NCBI GenBank assembly: GCA_045644945.1
Contig: JAZRHU010000074.1
Coordinates: 97 to 64,096 of the forward strand
Source of the DNA: Candidatus Fimimonas sp.
GTDB taxonomy: Bacteria > Bacillota > Clostridia > Christensenellales > CAG-314
DNA length: 64,000 nucleotides
Direction: 5' to 3'
Made by a program: the position numbers and the translations under genes. Positions 60,036-64,000 of the stretch are shown piece after piece. A model generated the notes under the pieces. The model worked only from the letters and a program-made list of their open reading frames with translations. It was not told the DNA's origin and ran no database searches. How positions within the stretch are numbered: position 1 is the stretch's first letter; each line of letters starts with the position of its first letter.

Positions 60036-61256
60036 CTAGCTTGCTTGTTTTAGTTGCAATGTTAGTTGTTCTTTGCCTTCCACAACGGCACGAGTTAGGT
60101 GCGCAATTTGTGGCTCCTTGGTGTTGGGTGCAAGGTACATGCAATCCAACATCAAGTTTTCCATAACACTACGCAAACCACGTGCGCCAGTTTTCAAAGC
60201 GATGGATTTTTCCGCAATGGCAACAAGGGCATCGTCATCTACAACCAAGTCCACCTTGTCCAAAGAAAGCAAGTGTTGGTATTGCTTTACAAGGGCGTTT
60301 TTGGGGGCTGTGAGAATCTTTACAAGGGCGTTTTGATCAAGTGGGGCAAGTCCAACTGTGATAGGCAAACGGCCAACAAACTCGGGAATGAGGCCAAATT
60401 TGATGAAGTCTTGTGGTTGAATTTGCTTTACCAATTGCGAGTAGTCCACTTCCATTGCGCTCTTGATTTGGTTGCCAAAACCAAGTCCGCCACCAATTTG
60501 GCGTTTTTCGATGATTTTGTCCAAACCAACAAATGCACCACCGCAAATAAACAAAATGTTTGTTGTGTTGATGGGGATTGTTTCCTGTTGTGGGTGCTTA
60601 CGTCCGCCTTGTGGTGGAACGTTGGCAACTGTGCTTTCGATAATCTTGAGCAATGCTTGTTGCACGCCCTCGCCAGAAACGTCGCGTGTGATGGACACGT
60701 TTTCGCTTTTTTTGGCAATTTTATCTATTTCGTCAATGTAGATGATGCCCATTTCCGCACGTTTTACATCGTAGTCGGCAGCTTGGATGAGCTTGAGTAA
60801 AATGTTTTCCACGTCCTCGCCAACATAGCCCGCCTCCGTCAAAGTGGTAGCATCCGCCACCGCAAATGGCACGTCCAAAATTTTTGCCAAAGTTTTGGCA
60901 AGCAAAGTCTTTCCGCAGCCCGTTGGGCCAAGCATCAAGATGTTGCTCTTTTCCAGTTCGATATCCCCCGACTTATCCTTGTTCAAGATACGTTTGTAGT
61001 GGTTGTACACCGCAACGGAAAGTGTGCGCTTGGCATCGTCTTGGCCAACAACGTGCTTGTTTAGCTCCGCGTGAATTTGACTTGGGCTAAGCAACTTGAA
61101 CTTGGGAGATTTTTTCTTGGATTGCTTTTGTTCTTCCGCAAGAAAATCCGCACATACCTTTACGCATTCGTCACAAATGCATACGCCTGTGGCAGAAGAA
61201 AGCATCTTGCCAACTTCCTCTTCGCTTCGGCCACAAAATGCACAATATTGAATCAT
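60036..61256 (-). CDS. clpX: ATP-dependent Clp protease ATP-binding subunit ClpX
   Basis: N-terminal zinc finger CAFCGRS...[23 protein letters not shown]. Confidence 0.95.
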   Translation of the reverse strand: MIQYCAFCGRSEEEVGKMLSSATGVCICDECVKVCADFLAEEQKQSKKKSPKFKLLSPSQIHAELNKHVVGQDDAKRTLSVAVYNHYKRILNKDKSGDIELEKSNILMLGPTGCGKTLLAKTLAKILDVPFAVADATTLTEAGYVGEDVENILLKLIQAADYDVKRAEMGIIYIDEIDKIAKKSENVSITRDVSGEGVQQALLKIIESTVANVPPQGGRKHPQQETIPINTTNILFICGGAFVGLDKIIEKRQIGGGLGFGNQIKSAMEVDYSQLVKQIQPQDFIKFGLIPEFVGRLPITVGLAPLDQNALVKILTAPKNALVKQYQHLLSLDKVDLVVDDDALVAIAEKSIALKTGARGLRSVMENLMLDCMYLAPNTKEPQIAHLTRAVVEGKEQLTLQLKQAS

Positions 61257-61265
61257 GTTTACTCC

Positions 61266-61850
61266 TTACTTACGTTTTGTAAATACTTGGTCAATCAAGC
61301 CGTATTCCATGGCTTCCTCGGCGGTGAGGTAGTTGTCGCGTTCGGTGTCGTGCTCGATGATGGCAACATCCTTGCCGGTGTTTTCCGCCAAAATGCGGTT
61401 GAGCTTGTTTTTGGTTTTTAGCAATTGTTGTGTTTGGATAGCAACGTCGGTTGCTTGTCCGCGTGCACCACCAAGCACTTGATGGATCATGATTTCCGCA
61501 TTGGGGAGCGCAAAACGCTTGCCCTTTGTTCCGCTACTGAGCAAAAATGCGCCCATGCTTGCGGCCATGCCAACGCAAATGGTTGCAACGTCACAACGGA
61601 TGTAGTTCATTGTGTCGTAGATGGCCATACCAGCAGTTACCGAGCCACCCGGGGAATTGATGTAGATGGAAATATCTTTGGTGGGATCCTTGGACTCCAA
61701 GTAAATTAGTTGCGCAACAACCAAGTTTGCAACTTCGTCTGTGATTTCGCCACTAAGAAAGATGATGCGGTCCTCCAAAATGCGAGAAAAAATATCGTAG
61801 CTACGTTCGCCTTTGTCGGTGGAATCTACCACCATTGGGATAAGTGCCAT
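61266..61850 (-). CDS. clpP: ATP-dependent Clp protease proteolytic subunit ClpP
   Basis: [18 protein letters not shown], catalytic [11 protein letters not shown]. Confidence 0.95.
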   Translation of the reverse strand: MALIPMVVDSTDKGERSYDIFSRILEDRIIFLSGEITDEVANLVVAQLIYLESKDPTKDISIYINSPGGSVTAGMAIYDTMNYIRCDVATICVGMAASMGAFLLSSGTKGKRFALPNAEIMIHQVLGGARGQATDVAIQTQQLLKTKNKLNRILAENTGKDVAIIEHDTERDNYLTAEEAMEYGLIDQVFTKRK

Positions 61851-61864
61851 TGTGTGCCTCCTGT

Positions 61865-61898
61865 AAAAAACACGTCGGACAAAGTGTTTTGCCCGACG
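61865..61898 (-). terminator. Rho-independent terminator of tig
   Basis: Minus strand CGTCGGGCaaaacactttGTCCGACG followed by TGTTTTTT. Confidence 0.7.
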
Positions 61899-61914
61899 TT
61901 ATTTGTTAGTTTTG

Positions 61915-63207
61915 TTATGCGATTGTGTTTTCACTCTTCAAGAATGCCAAGAGTTTTTCTGTGATAACTTGGTTTTCGAAGTAAGCAATTTCGCCTTGAC
62001 CAAGTGTTGCTTTGAATTCGTCAACTGGCTTGCCGATGCGTTCAGCGTACTCAGCAACTTTCTTATCAACGTCCTTCTTTGGAGCCTTGATCTTTTCCGC
62101 CTTTACGATTTCTTCGAATACAAGTCTTGTGTGAACGGCCTTTGTAGCGCGATCTCTGTAGTTGTTTCTCAAATCAAGTTCGGTGGAGTTTGTGTACTTG
62201 TAGTAAGAATCAATATCCAAACCTTGGTACATGAGTTGGTACTTGAAGTCTTCGATGTATTGGTCGATTTGTTCTTCGATCATTTCAACTGGAATGTCGA
62301 TTGTTGTGTTTTCTACAATTGTTTGGATAAGTGTGTCTTCGTCCTTGTCGCTTGCTGCCTTTTCAGCTTGAGCTACCAAGTTCTTTTGGATGTCTGCTTT
62401 GTACTCGTCCAAAGTATCAAACTCGCTTACGTCCTTTGCAAAATCATCATCAAGAGCGGGCAACTCTTTTACGGAGATACCGTTGATTGTGCAAGTGAAC
62501 ACTGCAGGTTTACCAGCAAGGTTTTCTGCGTGGTATTCAGCAGGGAAAGTAACGTTGATATCTTTTGTTTCGCCAATGTTCATACCGATGAGTTGTTCTT
62601 CGAAACCTTCGATAAATGTGTGGGAACCAATTACAAGTGTTTGACCTTGAGCTGTGCCACCTTCGAAAGCTACGCCATCAACAGAACCAGCATAGTCAAG
62701 GTTAACTTGGTCGCCGTCAGCAACTGCACGATCGGTAACTTCTACAAAACGAGCGTTGCGTTCGCGAACCTTTGCAAGTTCTGCATCAACTTGTTCTGCT
62801 GTAACTTCCGCTGGAGTTGTCTTTGCGATTGTAAGACCTTTGTATTCGCCAAGAGCAATTTCTGGACGAACTGTCACAACGATTGCGAAGGATACGCCGT
62901 TGTCGTCAACTTTGATGGATTTGTCGTCGATGGATGGACGAGCAACTGGTTGTGCCTTTTTATTTTTATCCAAAAATTGACCGTAATATTCGTTTGCAGC
63001 AAGGTAAAGTGCATCTTCGAAGAAAAGACCTTTGCCGTATCTGTTTTCCAAAACGGACTTTGGAACGTGGCCCTTTCTAAATCCAGGAACGCTGTACTTA
63101 CCCTTGTTTTGTTCGTAAGCTTTTTTGTCAAATGTAGCCCACTCAGTCATATCCATTTTGAATGTGATTGTGAGTGTGTTGTTATTTCTTTTAGATGTGT
63201 ATTTCAT
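61915..63207 (-). CDS. tig: Trigger factor
   Basis: Start at ATG 63207 after GGAGG. PGFRKGHVP ribosome-binding motif, central FKBP PPIase domain. Confidence 0.9.
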   Translation of the reverse strand: MKYTSKRNNNTLTITFKMDMTEWATFDKKAYEQNKGKYSVPGFRKGHVPKSVLENRYGKGLFFEDALYLAANEYYGQFLDKNKKAQPVARPSIDDKSIKVDDNGVSFAIVVTVRPEIALGEYKGLTIAKTTPAEVTAEQVDAELAKVRERNARFVEVTDRAVADGDQVNLDYAGSVDGVAFEGGTAQGQTLVIGSHTFIEGFEEQLIGMNIGETKDINVTFPAEYHAENLAGKPAVFTCTINGISVKELPALDDDFAKDVSEFDTLDEYKADIQKNLVAQAEKAASDKDEDTLIQTIVENTTIDIPVEMIEEQIDQYIEDFKYQLMYQGLDIDSYYKYTNSTELDLRNNYRDRATKAVHTRLVFEEIVKAEKIKAPKKDVDKKVAEYAERIGKPVDEFKATLGQGEIAYFENQVITEKLLAFLKSENTIA

Positions 63208-63333
63208 TGTTGTCCTCCGACATAATTTTACTGTGCCTTGACGGCATATTTCTACAGTATAGTATTTTAGCACAGTTGTACAAAAAAATCAAGACTTTTT
63301 GTCAATATGTTCATTTTTGTAAAAAGAAATAAT

Positions 63334-63400
63334 AAAAAACACCCAATGACGGCCCCTTACGGCTCTGCCCATTGAGTGAAAACTTAAGTTTTTTTATCCT
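63334..63400 (-). ncRNA. Candidate small RNA unit R1
   Basis: Minus strand TTGCAA-17-TATACT (63435-63407). A-rich 5' part, then hairpin CACUCAAUG...CAUUGGGUG (63378-63340), followed directly by U6. Confidence 0.45.
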
Positions 63401-63452
63401 AGTGTTAGTATATACTATTGTTTCCAAAATTGCAACAGTTTTGGATAAAAAG

Positions 63453-63563
63453 AAAAAAAGCCCACAAACATTGTTTGTGGGGTGCCTTTTCTGTGCACAG
63501 ATGGCGTCATTATTTGCGATTACGGAAGTGCACTCCTAGTACATAAATGTACACGCTCTATGT
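63453..63563 (-). ncRNA. Candidate small RNA unit S3 (about 110 nt)
   Basis: Minus strand TTGCAA-17-TATAAT (63598-63570). Internal GUACAU/AUGUAC and GUGCAC/GUGCAC pairings. Terminator CCCACAAACaatGTTTGTGGG plus U7 (63482-63453). Confidence 0.45.
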
Positions 63564-63619
63564 GTATGTATTATACTCAACTTTAATAAAATTTGCAATA
63601 GTTTTGGATAAAATTGCAC

Positions 63620-63704
63620 AAAAAAAGAAATGACGGGCTTCGAGCCTACCTTTAATCACTTACCACTCAACCGCTTGTAGCAGGAGCGAACGGAATCATT
63701 TCTT
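63620..63704 (-). ncRNA. Candidate small RNA unit S2 (about 85 nt)
   Basis: Minus strand TTGACA-17-TACAAT (63739-63711). The 5' AAGAAAUGA pairs with the 3' UCAUUUCUU to close the whole molecule, followed by U7. Confidence 0.5.
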
Positions 63705-63780
63705 GTTTAGATTGTATCAAATTGTGGATAGGTTGTCAATTATATAAATCAAATAACTGCCCATTTCCAACGTTTGACAT

Positions 63781-63838
63781 AAAAAAGAGCCCACCCCGAC
63801 GGCACAAATTGTCCACAGGGTCCACATCGGCTCTTGTA
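63781..63838 (-). ncRNA. Candidate small RNA unit S1 (about 58 nt)
   Basis: Long hairpin AGAGCCGAUG...CGUCGGggtGGGCUCU followed by U6. Only a weak promoter (TTAATA-17-TAATAT). Confidence 0.3.
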
Positions 63839-63922
63839 AGAATTATATTAGCAAATGTTTGCAATTTTATTAATGGTTTTCATAAAAATAACCTACTACT
63901 GCGACAAGGTACCTAGTAAAAT

Positions 63923-63990
63923 AAAAAAAACACTCAATGACGGCCCCTTACGGCTCTGCCCATTGAGTGAAAACTTAATTTTTTTTGCTT
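63923..63990 (-). ncRNA. Candidate small RNA unit R2 (second copy of R1; promoter truncated by window edge)
   Basis: Near-identical to R1. Hairpin 63969-63931 followed by U8. The sequence equivalent to the R1 -10 region starts at about 63997. Confidence 0.4.
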
Positions 63991-64000
63991 GATGTTAGTA

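Noticed and set aside
61865-61898. Twelfth member of the CACGTG motif family (aaaaaaCACGTCGGAC...)
   Set aside because: The core is CACGTC, not CACGTG, and the sequence forms a conventional GC-rich hairpin plus U-run right after the tig stop. It is adequately explained as the tig terminator.
63380-63400. preQ1-I-like A-rich tail (AUAAAAAAACUUAAG) in units R1/R2
   Set aside because: There is no upstream P1 hairpin between the predicted TSS and the A-tract, and no downstream gene to regulate.
63620-63704. S2 as a tRNA, tRNA-like Y RNA or small SRP RNA
   Set aside because: AGUGGUAAG and GGCUCGAAGCC superficially resemble D- and T-loops, but no 5-bp T stem with a 7-nt loop, no anticodon arm and no cloverleaf can be drawn. 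The SRP domain IV motif (GGAAGCAGCC-like) is absent.

Overview
64-kb chromosomal segment from a moderately AT-rich, endospore-forming Firmicute; the gene order is Clostridia/Bacilli-like, but the taxon cannot be assigned by eye. Most genes are on the minus strand and are housekeeping. They include hrcA-grpE-dnaK-dnaJ with a perfect CIRCE operator, tig-clpP-clpX, yqfC-yqfD-phoH-pgpH-ybeY-era-yqzL-recO, rho-mnmA, rsmI, hpf, nfeD-floA, cwlD and pepT. Accessory functions include a GH2 glycosidase with a divergent GPH sugar symporter, a heterodimeric ABC exporter pair, copA, and a lysine-riboswitch-controlled amino-acid ABC importer. There is also a 5'-truncated Cys-repeat surface protein and several AT-rich orphan membrane-protein genes. 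I corrected many ORF-track starts to internal, SD-supported starts and added two sub-60-aa ORFs. No tRNA, rRNA, CRISPR array, transposase or integrase gene was seen. The main observations are: (1) a tandem array of five promoter-plus-terminator mini transcription units, candidate sRNAs, upstream of tig, one of them duplicated; (2) a dispersed ~30-bp palindromic intergenic motif with a CACGTG core, 11 copies; (3) a REP-like family of GTAG-headed hairpins, 5-6 copies; (4) a nested A-X-B-A-Y-B repeat scar showing two AT-rich orphan cassettes stacked behind an SDR gene, one with an EF-Tu domain-III-like C-terminus; (5) three perfect tandem DnaA boxes away from any dnaA gene. All functional calls come from reading the sequence and recalling family motifs; no database search was possible.
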